Assembly: GCF_006345805.1 (NCBI RefSeq) | Contig: NC_043006.1 | Span: forward strand, 97,092,001 to 97,156,000 | Direction of reading: 5' to 3' | Origin: Octopus sinensis | Lineage: Eukaryota | DNA: 64,000 nucleotides | Shown: positions 13,520 to 26,964 of the stretch, one piece after another | Numbering within the stretch: the stretch's first letter is position 1 | Layout: every line of letters begins with the position of its first letter | The notes under the pieces: generated by a model | Databases searched by the model: none | What the model saw: the letters and a program-made list of their open reading frames with translations, nothing else | What the model was told of the DNA's origin: nothing | Position numbers and translations under genes: made by a program

Positions 13520-14830
13520 TGCATGCATACATACATACATACACATATACATACATACATACACACATACATACATACATATATACATACATACATACAT
13601 ACATACACATATACATGCATACATACATACATACATACACACATACATACATACACACATACATACATACATACATACATACATACATACATACATACAT
13701 ACATGCATACATACATACACACATACATACATACATACATACAGCATACATACATACATACATACATACATACATACATCATACATACATGCATACATAC
13801 TACATACATACACACATACATACTACAACATACATACATACATGCATACATACATACATACATACACACATGCATACATACACGCATACATACATACATA
13901 CATACATACATGCATACATACATACATACATACATACATACATACATACACATATACATACATACATACATACATGCATACATACATACATACATACACA
14001 CATGCATACATACACGCATACATACATACATACATACATGCATACATACATACATACATACACACATGCATACATACACGCATACATACATACATACATA
14101 CATGCATACATACATACATACTTACATACATGCATACATACATGCATACATACATACACACATACATACATACACACATACATACATACATACATACATA
14201 CATACATACACATATACATGCATACATACATACATACATACATGCATACATACATACATACATACACACATGCATACATACACGCATACATACATACATA
14301 CATACATGCATACATACATACATACATACATACATACATACATACATACATACATACATACATACAGCATAATAACATACATACATACTGCATACATACA
14401 TACATACCTACATACATACATACATACATACATACATACACATACATACATACATACATACATACATGCATACATACATACATACTACATACATGCATAC
14501 ATACATACATACATACATGCATACATACATACATACATACTACATACATACATACATACATACATGCATACATACATACATACATGCATACATACATACA
14601 TGCATACATACATAATACATGCATCATACATACATAATACATACATACATACATGCATACATACATACATACATACATACACGCATACATACATCATACA
14701 TACATGCATACATACATACATACATACATACATACATACATACATACATACATACATACATACATACATACATACATACATACATACATGCATACATACA
14801 TACATACATACATACACATATACATGCATA
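13520..14830. repeat. (CATA)n array, ~1.3 kb, with higher-order CATG/CACG variants
   Basis: Direct reading; source of the 480-aa HTYI ORF. Confidence 0.95.
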
Positions 14831-15196
14831 TATTATGTACATAGGTAGGGTAAAATGCCAGCTGTTTCCTCTTGAAGCACATCTGCTTATTCCATTATTA
14901 CAATCCAATATGTGGCTGCATCAATACATATTAAAGTTGAAATTTCTGGAAATATTTTTACAGAGTTATTGTATAACAACACAGGAAGTTGGAAAATTTA
15001 TTATTATTATTTATTAACTATTACACATGTTCCATTTGCTAATGTCATTCTATTTTTCTGTCTGAAGAATTTCTAATCGGAAATTCCACACATGTTTATC
15101 TAACGTGTAAAACTCTGTGATTCCTATTAGCAAATGAAACATGTGTAATGGTGGATAAATAATACCAATACACTTTCCAACATTCTACTTTGTTGC

Positions 15197-15761
15197 ACAT
15201 ACATACATACATACATACATACATACATACATACAAACATACATGTATACATACATACATACATACATACATACATACATACATACATACATACATACAT
15301 ACACACATACATACATACATACATACATACACACATACATACATACATACATACATACATACATACATACACACATACATACATTCATATATACATACAT
15401 ACATACATACAAACATACATGTATACATACATACATACATACATGCATACATACATACATACATACATACACACATACATACATACATACATACATACAT
15501 ACATACATACAAACATACATGTATACATAACATACATCACATACATACATACATACATACATACACACATACATACATTCATATATACATACATACATGC
15601 ATGCATACATATATACATACATACATACATGCATGCATGCATACATACATACATACATACATACATGCATGCATACATACATACATACATACATACATAC
15701 ATACATACACACACACACATACATACATACCTACATACATACATACATACATACACATACA

Positions 15762-15794
<33 letters not shown>

Positions 15795-15800
15795 GCTCAC
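15197..15800. repeat. (CATA)n array
   Basis: Direct reading. Confidence 0.95.
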
Positions 15801-16239
15801 ACATACATGAACTCATACATATATTCAAGGTGGCTGTCAGCTCGTAGATGACTAATCATCCTGACGAATTATCTTATCCTAGATGTTAAAGATAATAGCT
15901 GTTTGCAATGTCCATACTGAAATTTAATGGCAATAAAAGCTTTCACAACATCGCTAAGACTCTGACTTAGAAAGCCAAGTTGTCCAGAAACAAGCAAAGG
16001 TTATAATCTCTGGTTTCGCAATGCGGAGGATGCTACTTCAGAAATTCCTTCAATACAGATGTCTGTATTGGTATGTATTGCAAGAAACTGCCATGTTTCT
16101 TTCTCCATCCTTTTATATAGTTCAATCTTTGCAAGTTAATGTGTGAAAAACAAACTAGAAATTTTGAAAGAAGTTTCTATAAAGCTAGTTTTTAAACATC
16201 AAATGGCTATGAGAGTCTACCGGAATAAAATAGTGATCA

Positions 16240-16480
16240 AATGGGTTCATAGATAAAAACTGGCTGAAATCCCCTGCCCTCGTGGAAGGAATTTCGGAAG
16301 TAACATCCTCCGCATTGCGAAACCAGAGATCATGCTTCTGACAGGCTTTGGCTTTCGTCCTGCTGTGTCCAAACGAAAACCACTTTCGTTACCAAATAAG
16401 CTTGGTGGGGTTGCCAGATTAGTCGCCGAAGGCCCAACCATCCTAAAGGTTGTACTGGGTTACATGTTACCAATAACACA
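16240..16480 (-). mobile_element. Retroelement (RTE-like) 5' fragment
   Basis: Homologous to 17490-17770 (shared GGGGTTGCCRG.TTAGTCGCCGA.GGCCC.ACCAT...GTACTGGGTTACATGTTACCA); clade assignment is inference. Confidence 0.45.
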
Positions 16481-16484
16481 AGCA

Positions 16485-16512
16485 TATATACATACATACA
16501 TACATACATACA

Positions 16513-16545
<33 letters not shown>

Positions 16546-16756
16546 CCATCCATTCATCCATCCAAACATACATACATGCATACATACATACATACGTACG
16601 TACGTACGTTCGTACGTACATACATACATACATACATACATACAAACATACATACAAACATACATACATACATACATACATACATACACACATACATACA
16701 TACATACATACATACATACATACATACATACATACATACATACATACATGCATACA

Positions 16757-16788
<32 letters not shown>
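16485..16788. repeat. (CATA)n array
   Basis: Direct reading. Confidence 0.95.
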
Positions 16789-16789
<1 letters not shown>

Positions 16790-16790
<1 letters not shown>

Positions 16791-17125
16791 AAACCTGATA
16801 TAATGATTTGGGATAGAGAAGAGCAACTGTACAGTTGTGGAATTCAGCTGCCCAACGAATGTTAACATAAAGCTGAAAATCAGTGAAAAAGAGAATACAT
16901 GCTCTGAACTATTGAGAAATCTGCAGTTACTCTATACATATTACAAGTTCAGGTTTATACATTTAATTAGAGGGGCACTGGGATATGTAACACACTCCCT
17001 AAATACCAATCTTAACACACTGCCTAAATACCAATCTTGAGAAATTAGGTTTCTCAAAACTAGAAGGGAGAAAGCTGATTCAAAATCTGTAAAACTTTCC
17101 AGAAGTTTATCATTTGAATATATAT
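16790..17125 (+). mobile_element. RLE-encoding non-LTR retrotransposon (R4/Dong/NeSL-like) 3' fragment
   Basis: KPDIMIWDREEQ..VEFSCPTNVNIKLKISEKENT..ELLRNLQLLY..GALGYV matches the PD-(D/E)xK restriction-like endonuclease motif. Confidence 0.7.
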
Positions 17126-17399
17126 GAGCATGTATATATATGTAAGTATATGCATGAGAATACATGCATAAAACAAAACATGCAAATCTGCACATATACA
17201 TACATACAGGCACACATACATGGTGGCTGCCCCCTCGTTATCGAGTATGGCCAATGCGCGAAGCTTAATCAGCGTTGTTATCGTGCAATGCCTGTGCAAG
17301 AAGTTTTTTTTATAGTGAGGAAAGGCTGTGCACTGAGTCAATCCCACTCACTAAGCAACAGCAGCCATAATCCGAAAAGAACAAGTCAACATCATCGGT

Positions 17400-17770
17400 A
17401 ACCACTGAGCCGCAGGTTCTATATCGGAGTTATCCCAGTTACCTGAGTTACCTTCTCCTAGAAGGATGCCCTAACAAAAGCTAGGAGTCCTTCACTCCCA
17501 ATGGTTTAACCGCGCGATCGGGTATTCAGTCCGATTATTTCTATGTCCCTGCGCAAGATACAGCCTTAAGACATTTATTGGATGGCCGTTGACTCTCAAG
17601 AGTTCCTCCGCCCTTTCACGGGTTTTGTTTTTCATCCCGCAGGGTGTCCAATAAACACCCTCCTCACCAAGCAAGCTTGTTGGGGTTGCCGGTTTAGTCG
17701 CCGACGGCCCGACCATGCAACAAGTTGTACTGGGTTACATGTTACCAGTAGCACTTGAAAGTGACCTGAC
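17400..17770 (-). mobile_element. Retroelement (RTE-like) 5' fragment
   Basis: Paralog of 16240-16480; ORF MVGPSATKPATPTSLLGEEGVYWTPCG. Confidence 0.45.
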
Positions 17771-18539
17771 ATACATACATACATACATACATACATACAT
17801 ACATACATACATACATACATACAATATATACATACACGCTATAATCTTACTTTTATTGTCTTTTAGTAAGAAAGTAGGGTGCATTGAATCATGTAGTCCT
17901 AGATATACTAATGCTGGAAAAGAAAAGCAGGATGGTCACGGCTGGTACGCCATCGACGGTAGATCAGCTCAGTCAACAGTAGCCAAGAAGACATAAATAA
18001 TCACATCATCGCCATCATCATCATCATCAGCATCATCATCATCGCCATCACCAACAACATTATTAACATCATCATCGTCAACAGAAGTATCGTCATTGTC
18101 AAAGACGATAATAACGTCAACAGCCACACGACAGCAATCAATCGCTGGAAAAGTACACGAGACTCCACGTAAACTGGTTTCCAGCGGTGTATATAAACAA
18201 ACATATCTATGTGCATGTGTGCGTGTGTGTGTGTTCATGTGTGCGTTAGTGTGTGTGAGTGTGTGCGTGCATATATGAGTGTGTGTCTATGTATATATGT
18301 ATATGTATGCATGTATGTATGTAAACATATAAATTTATATTTACATGCATAAAATAAATTTATATATTCATACATGCACCCACCCACAGGCACACACGTA
18401 CATAAACACGTGTGTAAGTGTGTGTATACATATGTGTGTGTATATGTGTGCGTGTATGCGAATATATATGTGTATGTGCGAATGTGCATATATATATATA
18501 TATAATGTTATATATATATACATATATATATATGCATAT

Positions 18540-18575
<36 letters not shown>

Positions 18576-18581
18576 ATATGC

Positions 18582-18614
<33 letters not shown>

Positions 18615-19789
18615 ACATTATTTTATTATATATATGTGTGTGTGTATGTGTGTGAATATGCGTGTGTGCGTATGTACCTGTGAGTGTATATATTTATGTA
18701 TGTAAATATAAATAAATAGATAGATAGATAGATAGATGTGCATACATGTATACGTATAAAAATAAATATCATGGATGTTTAAAATATACATCCATGAGAA
18801 TGTATACACGCATATGTATTTAAATAACATATTTCCCATTACCCTGTGGTGCTAATTGTAAACTTACGAAACCTTTCATAAATATAAATTAGCTAATAGA
18901 TTTTACAGTCTTAACTTTAACCAGATATTTAATAAGCAACATTTCATAACGTGTCTTGCACATACGCACGCTCCCCTACACACACACACATACACACACA
19001 CACACTCACACACACTCGCACTCACATAGACACACATGCACATTCAAGTATACACGCCTGCACACACACACACACACACACGCGTATACACACGCATTCG
19101 CACGTACGCATACATACACACATATGCACACAGATGCAGGAAACAGACACATTATAACGCATAGCACACACAATCAATCTCTCTCTACCTCTCACTCTCT
19201 CTTTTCCTTTCCCTCTCTGTGTGTGTCTCTTTCGCCCTCTCCCCTCTCTCTACCTCTCTCTCTCTCTCTCTCGTTCTCTCTCTCTCTCGTTCTCTCCCTC
19301 TCGTTCTTTTTGTGTCTTTCTCCCTCTCCTCGCAATATATTTCGCACACACACACCACACACATACTTACGTATATACATACATACATACATACATACAC
19401 ACATACACACACGTGTGTGTGTGTGTGTATTTTGTATATATGTAAGTGTGTGTGTACGTGTAATTCCCCTTAGCCTGCTTCTCACTCATTGGCCGCAGAA
19501 GCATGGTTTCATATTGCAGTCAATTAATCGTCTACAGTTTAATATTTAGTCAAAATGTGGCAATTTATTAAGAATTAAGAAAGAAAATTTCTTCTGACAT
19601 CTATATGAATAAAATTTTACGGAGAAGGCGGGAAAGGGGAGAGAAAGACAGAGAGAAATAGAGAGACAGAGGGACAGACAGAGGTAGAGATAGAGAGATA
19701 GGTCTACGTATATGTATTTACATATGCATGTATCCATATATACACATATAAATATATGTATTATATATATATATATATATTATATATAT

Positions 19790-20000
19790 ATATTAAGTTA
19801 ATCCAAACAAGAAAACAAAAAGACAACAACGCGAGGACGTGGAACAAATAAAGTATTACTGGACGCTCAGGAAAGAAGGGAAGAAGGAGGGTTTGACGTT
19901 TCGAGCGGAGCTCTTCGTCGGAAACATAGGAGAAGGAAAGATCCCGAGAAGGGAAGACAGAGGTAAAAAAATCGCTAGTGATACAGACGGGGTCACATAC
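19790..20000 (-). mobile_element. Penelope pLTR-like repeat with a variant hammerhead (family B, 19891-19925)
   Basis: GTTT-CCGACGA-A-GAGC(TCC)GCTC-GAAA-C-GTC-AAAC on the minus strand. Confidence 0.55.
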
Positions 20001-20678
20001 TAAAAAAAAAAAAGAAAAAAAAACTCGTAGGTTTCAACAAGTCAACATCGACTTCTCCTGTCTCTAGCAGTCAATTTTCTGAATTTGCGCTCCAACGAAT
20101 TTTTCCACCGTCTAGGCTTAAAAAACCCCTCAATGCCGGTTTCCTTGTCCTGTTTTTATTCTTTATGTGTACTGTATTTTTATTTGTATTGCTTTTACAT
20201 CCTGTTCTTGTCACTTGTTTTCTTTCCTTTTTTTTACCCTTCTGCAAAAGAATTTTATTTAATTCTATTTGCAGGAAGGACGGTTTCGGCCGGAATGTGT
20301 TCTGCCCTTACCTTCGAAACATGCATTGAGTCGAACTAGGGGCAGCTGATGAAGGGGAATATTCCTTGTATTGTTTGTCTTGTACTCTGTTTTTTCGTTG
20401 TTAAAAAAAGTCCGTTTCCTTGTTTGTTTTTATGTTTTCGTTTCTCGTTGTGTCTACGTTTATTTGTGGTGTCCTGGACTCATATATACATATATATATA
20501 TATATTATATATATATATATATATGCATGCATATATATATATATATGCATGCATATATACATACAGATGTAGGTATGTACATATATGTATATATGTATGC
20601 ATATGTTTTTTTTGTTAAATTGTTATTATATGCATATATATATACATATACATTATTAATATATATATACATATATGT

Positions 20679-20713
<35 letters not shown>

Positions 20714-20720
20714 TATATAC

Positions 20721-20764
<44 letters not shown>

Positions 20765-20800
20765 CAAATGTATATTTATATACATAGATAGATAGATAGT

Positions 20801-20858
<58 letters not shown>

Positions 20859-20972
20859 TAGGGAGAAAGGGGGTAAGTAGTGATCGGGTGGAGGTTGAGC
20901 GTGTTTGTGTATGGGTAGATGAGTGTGTGACAGAGGAAGAGAAATAGAGAGTAAGAGCACTTTCCTCTAGCG

Positions 20973-21090
20973 TAAAACTCTGAGTTTCGGATGGAAATCC
21001 ACACCACCATCTCTTCAGTTATCCGGCCATCGGAAAAACGCTATAAAAAAATGACCGTTATACAAAGGGAAATTACTGTGTTATTGACAC
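20973..21090 (-). mobile_element. Short repeat with hammerhead motif (family C)
   Basis: GGATAA-CTGAAGA-GATGG..CCATCC-GAAA-CTCAGAG-T-T-TTA; homologous to 29915-30058. Confidence 0.55.
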
Positions 21091-21142
21091 TATTTAGACA
21101 AAAGCGCTATTCGAATGACCGCTAATTAAGGTAAGGCGTAAT

Positions 21143-21575
21143 CGCGCCTGTTCATACGTACACATGTGCGCTCGCACACCCACGTGCGTACGCATACATC
21201 ACTAGAAAACCGTACACATCTTCACTCGCATCTTTCGCCAAATGTATATGCATATATATACACAAACCCACACATACACGCGCGCACCGTCTGTGCATGC
21301 ATAAGGTTGTGTCCGTATATGAACGAGGTCTACTTTTTTTATACTTCCTTATGCCATTTTTCTGTATTGTTACCCTTAACTCTGTTTTTTCTTGTGCTTG
21401 TGCGTATATAGACGTATGTATGAACCTTTGCGGTGCGCGCGTGTGTGTGGGTTTGTGTATATATATGCATATACATTTGGCGAAAGATGCGAGTGAAGAT
21501 GTGTACGGTTTTCTAGTGACGTATGCGTACGCACGTAGGTGTGCGAGTGCACATGTGTACGTATGAACAGGCGCG
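21143..21575. repeat. Foldback: ~146-bp inverted arms around a ~140-bp spacer
   Basis: 21143-21289 is the near-perfect reverse complement of 21431-21575. Confidence 0.85.
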
Positions 21576-22479
21576 GTTATTTAAATACTTTTATTTTTCA
21601 AAATTAAAATAAACAAATTTCTTTTTTAATCTAAAATATACTCTCCTTCGTTTTCTACAATGCCCTTCAATCTATCAGGTAGACTTGCAAGGTCCCTCTT
21701 CCAAAATTCACTTGTCCGTGACGAAAAATACTTCTTCAGTACTGTCCTGAACTCGTCTACAGAATTCATATTTTTTCCGTCCAAATGATTTTGAAGACTG
21801 CGGAATAAATGATAATCAGATGGAGCAATGTCCGGCAAATACGGTGGGTGGGGCATTGTTTCCCATTCAAACTGCTCCAGCCTTTCGAATTTCCTCCTCG
21901 CTGTATGTCACCGAGCATTATCCCGATGGAAGAACATCTTTCGACTTGAAACCAAAGAGAGTCGTGTTCCTTTTAGCACTGACTTGAATGACTGGCTGAA
22001 TGACCAAACCCAAGCTTCTCTGCTAATTTCCCAACAGTTACGATGGGATTTTGTTCCATCGGGGTTTGCAGGACGTCCTCGTCGAGCTCCACAGATCTTT
22101 TAGGACGAGGCTCTTCTTCTAGGCTGTAGTTTCCGGCTCGGAATTTCTGGAATTACCGTTGACACTGGCTTATAGTTATTGTCCGATCCCCATATTCCAC
22201 TGCATTAATATTCCTCGCACTTTCCGTGGCGCTGTTGCCTTTATTGAACTCATAAAGCAAAACATACCGAATATACTCCTTTGCCACTTTCATTATAGCT
22301 TTGAAAAAATAACTGTTAAAATCGAACTGCACTCTTCAAAAGTTGCACTAAGAATAAGTACAAGGTAAAATTACTACCTGCTTTTATAGCAAGTTGATGC
22401 AGGTAGTTTATCCCGTCCCCTTCCGACTTTTAGTTCATGCAATTGAAAAAAAAAACGCATTATTTATGGGATGACCCAA
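21575..22479 (-). mobile_element. Mariner transposon, internally deleted pseudogene
   Basis: ORF HPPYLPDIAPSDYHLFRSLQNHL (YSPDLAP motif), RDNAR motif; TIR ...TTATTTATGGGATGACCCAA|TA at 22479; the other TIR is truncated. Confidence 0.9.
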
Positions 22480-23439
22480 TATGTGCGTATGAGTACATGT
22501 GAGAGTGTGCATGCATATGTGCATAGTTGTATGTGTGTGTGTGTACTTTTGTCTGCGTGTGCGTGCCTGTGTATACCTGCATATGTGTGTGTGTGTGTAT
22601 GCGTGCCAGTGTGTACCTGTATGTATGCTTGTGTGTGTATGTGTGTGTTTGCATGTGAACGTCTACTTGTTTGCCTGTCCGTGTTCGGTGAATTAACCAT
22701 AGAAACAAAAACCGATTGATTAAACACCATTCGTTTGCTATAATTTGAACAAACTGCTGGCTATTTCCACGTGACCCGGCTTCTACATTTCGCTAATGTG
22801 AAATTTCTATCATTCGTAAGTATATAATTTAATGCCGCTGAAAGCTTTACTTACAGATTAAACCAGACGTTCGATCGCTATTTATTCAAATGTTAGCACA
22901 ATGAGTCCATTAAAAAAAATATCGCAGAGGTGTGTTTTCTTTCGTGTCTTTTTTTAACTCTTGTGCTTTTTTTTGTCACAAATATTGCACCTGCTGATTA
23001 GAAAAGATAAGAAAACAACGTGTTAACATATAATGATATAATATATATAGTGGAAATTGATTTATCTCCCCTTTTTCGTTCCGTTCTTCCTTAAGTTGAT
23101 CACATCATAACAATGTGGTTATTAGGTGCCGCAGTACTATTGAAATGTAAATAGACCTAGATATTGTTGTTATTGTGTTAAGTGTTTCTTAATGTTGTTG
23201 TGGATGCTGTTGCTGCTGTATTTGTTGTTGATGTTGTTGCCATTTCAGTTTTATTGTTTTTGTTCAAACCATCTAGTCAATACCACTCTCCCAGTAACGT
23301 CACATTCTCATTTTAAGTTTTAAGAGTCCAGCGAAATAATTTATGTTTTAACGATTTTCGTGGTCGCCATATCAAAAAGACTTCATTGAATGTCCTGCAT
23401 AATGTCTAAACAAATGAAACTATATTCATCCCTGTATTT

Positions 23440-23442
23440 ATT

Positions 23443-23520
<78 letters not shown>

Positions 23521-23649
23521 GATCTGTCTATCTATATATCTATCTATCTATCTCAATCTATCTATTTATCTATCTATCTATTTATCTATCTATCTAATCT
23601 ATCTATCTATATATCTATCTATCTATATCTATCTATCTATATATCTATA

Positions 23650-23684
<35 letters not shown>

Positions 23685-23743
23685 TTATCTATCTAATCTA
23701 TCTATCTATCTATCTATCTATCTTATCTATCTATCTATCTATC

Positions 23744-23807
<64 letters not shown>

Positions 23808-23824
23808 CTATCTATCTATCTATC

Positions 23825-23889
<65 letters not shown>

Positions 23890-23960
23890 GTCTCTCTATC
23901 GATCTATCTATCATCTATCTTCTTATCTATCTATCTACCTATCAATCTAACTACCTATCC
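23440..23960. repeat. (TATC)n array
   Basis: Direct reading. Confidence 0.95.
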
Positions 23961-24236
23961 TTCTGCTTATTTATCTATCTGTCTTTCTCTCCTCTTTCCC
24001 TCTCTCTCCCTCTCTCATATATGTGCGCGCGCGTGTGTGTGTGTGTGCATGTGTGCCAAAAGTTTGTGATCAACAGACATTAACAGTAAAATAAAAGACA
24101 TCTATTCTTGCACATGTCCATACATACGCTCACGCACACACATGTATGTATATGTATGTATATATATATATATTATATATATATGTATATATGTATGTAC
24201 ACGTTTCGTGACGTCCTGTGCCCACATATTCATATA

Positions 24237-24345
<109 letters not shown>

Positions 24346-24638
24346 TATAGATGTATGTGTATGTACATATACTTACGTATATTTGCATATATATATATAT
24401 CATTTTATATTATATATGTATGTATGTATGTGTGTATATATATATATATATGTATACTAAGCAATAAGGGTTTAGCAACGAGTTGCCTTACCACATACCG
24501 AATTTAGAAATAGCAGTCAAAGGGTTATAGCTATTTCTTCTACTAAAAAGGGAGATCTCAGTAAAAACAGCATTTGGAAGGCACAAACAGGTAAGAGAGA
24601 ATGAATTGACTGCAATCTATCATACATTTTTTTAGTTA

Positions 24639-24752
24639 TCCACGGACGTACGTTTCGAAATCAAGTTTTAAGGAAAGCATACGAATTAAATATTAAATAT
24701 TAAATAATAAATAATTCTATCTTACCGAAACTTCTTTTCTCTTCAGCGTAGA
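24639..24752 (-). ncRNA. Type-I hammerhead ribozyme motif with intact core (family D)
   Basis: TCTACG-CTGAAGA-GAAA.AG.AAGTTT[loop]AAACTT.GA.TTTC-GAAA-CGTACG-T-C-CGTGGA. Confidence 0.65.
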
Positions 24753-25092
24753 ATATATAATCATAAATGATTATATATTGAATTTTGAGATACCAGAAGG
24801 CACCAACTCCACTCAGTATCAGAGCGAGCTAGAACCCGCAACTGGTATCACCGAATTCAATTTGTGAATGAAACGATTGTGTCAACAGCCCCTTCCCACC
24901 CGCGTGTAGCCAAAACAAGATGCTGTGGTCATCTACTGAGATAAAATATGGTTATCCGTAATAATGAAGGGTGAAATTAATTAATTTGGAAAAATTATCA
25001 ATTACACCAAGTAGTCTTCGGCATGTAAAAGCCTCATTCGAGGAAAATTTAAGTAATATTATTATATATATATGTATATATATATATATGTG

Positions 25093-25124
<32 letters not shown>

Positions 25125-25299
25125 TGCCTACATATATACATGTATACGTGTATGTATATATATATTCATATATATAAATATGTGTGTAACCATGTGTGTG
25201 TATTTGTGTGAGTGTATGTGTGCGTGTGTGTGTGTTTGTGTGTGTGTTTGTGTGTAAACATCTATATCATTGATATCAATGTTATTCCAATAAACGGTC

Positions 25300-25620
25300 A
25301 GCTATACACAAATACAGACGCTTCGCTGCACTTATTTGAATTGTGGAAGCTGTTGACTAGAGTGGGTTGTACATAACAGCTTGAAGTGTAACCGTTTTAT
25401 TTGCTGATACATACACTCCTTTTGGCACAGTAAACAGTACACTCCTTCAGATAATCACTGTTGAGTGGGCAGTTGTTAGGGCCATTGTAATACTATTTTT
25501 GTATGAAGCTCGTGCGTTTTGTTCATTTTCCTGCAGTTGATTCTTTAATTGTAGTCTTTATGCTGGACACACAGCTGTAGTTAACTTTTATATTGTTTCT
25601 GTTAAATAACTCACGCTGCA
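25300..25620 (-). mobile_element. Penelope-like element GIY-YIG linker fragment
   Basis: Minus-strand KVNYSCVSSIK and CPLNSDYLKECTVYCA resemble the PLE K-x-S-Y-S-C-M-P-N-I-K and C-P-L-x-G-x-C-L motifs. Confidence 0.55.
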
Positions 25621-26189
25621 ATGCTGCATAAAGTAAGGTCGAGAGAATGGTTTCACCATATTCGTTTAAAAGATATCTTACGATTTGCTGTTGTTCCTGC
25701 TTTGTTATTGTTGTTGTAATTGTTGGTGGTGGTGGTTTTTATGGTGATGGTGTCGATGGCAGTGGCGATGATAGGGTGGTGTTGGTGGTGGCAATGGTAG
25801 TGCTGGTGATAGTGATTGGTGGTGTTAAATCTACATTCTTCAGAATTTTACATGCTCTATATTTTGTCGAGGTTCGCCCACCTATGGATGAAAAGCAAAA
25901 TTGATATCTGGAGGATTTGAATTCAGAACGTAAAGAGCGGGTTGAAATACCACACGCATTTTATCCAATATTCTAACGATTCTGCCAACCTTTCAATGAA
26001 ATGAAATTTTCATTACTGATTACTGGTCAGATATTCATATGCTATGTTAAATTACCGAGTGGGAGAGCTCCCACTCCGTAATTTACTTACGGTGAACCGC
26101 CGTATAGCGCTGCCGTCATTGTACGGTGACTGGAAAAGCATAAGAGAGGTAATCTGTGAATTCAGTTCGCAGTGCCGCCTGGTTAGTGT

Positions 26190-26237
26190 CTGTGACTGAT
26201 GAGGAGACAACTACACCGAAATGTTAACATCTCACAG
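26190..26237 (+). ncRNA. Minimal type-I hammerhead ribozyme motif with intact core (family E)
   Basis: CTGTGA-CTGATGA-GG..CC-GAAA-TGTTAACA-T-C-TCACAG: 6-bp helix I, palindromic helix III. Confidence 0.7.
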
Positions 26238-26699
26238 TCTAGGTAGATGGCGCAGCGGGTTCCTCTAAGTGTATACACACCATTTGTCAACAAGCGAAAT
26301 ATATTCTCCGTAACAAAACGCTACGAGTAGCTTGTTATCCAGTTCGAACGTGCATCATGCATATTCGCACTGATAATAACATTGCAACAACACTGTTGTA
26401 GCTATAAGACACTTAACAAAGGACAATACGATCTAGTCTTTTAAGACAGACATAGAAGTAAGAACTTCCTAAAGAAATGCAATAGATCCATTATCAACTA
26501 GAATTTATTTGTTGCTGTTTCATGTATTTATGGATCAATCAATGTTTTACTGTATATTCTTATATACGTATATACTTACACACGCTCGTGTGCACACACA
26601 CGCAAACACGTTCGCATACATACATAATACATACGTACATACATAATACATGCATGTATGCATACATACATACAGACAGACAAACATACTATTGAGACA

Positions 26700-26910
26700 T
26701 TAGCAGTTACTCTATCCATATTGCAAGTTCAAGTTTATTCCTGTAATTACTGGGTCACTGGGATACGTAGCAAACTACTTAAATACTAATCTTGTGAAAT
26801 TAGGCTTCTCAAAACCAGAAAGGAGAAAGCTGATTCGAAGACTACAGATCCAAACCAGCACCGGAACTGTAAACATCTGTAAAACTTTCCAGAAGTTCAT
26901 AATTTAAGTA
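26700..26910 (+). mobile_element. RLE-LINE 3' fragment, paralog of 16920-17125
   Basis: QLLYPYCKFKFIPVITGSLGYVA...KLIRRLQIQT; nucleotide similarity to copy 1. Confidence 0.7.
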
Positions 26911-26964
26911 TGTGTACATGTCTAGATATGCAAGTATATAATGACAATAATAACAATTCTACTA

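Noticed and set aside
13406-14848. 480-aa and other long HTYI/MYVC ORFs (also 10-10.8, 15.1-15.8 and 16.3-16.9 kb)
   Set aside because: Translations of (CATA)n microsatellite, which lacks stops in most frames.
17640-17770. HDV-like ribozyme at the RTE-like 5' end
   Set aside because: Could not thread the P1/P1.1/P2/P3 double pseudoknot by eye; needs an RNArobo search.
20270-20370. CTGATGAAGG and GGCCGAAACCGTC as a hammerhead
   Set aside because: The two half-motifs lie on opposite strands; no complete core.
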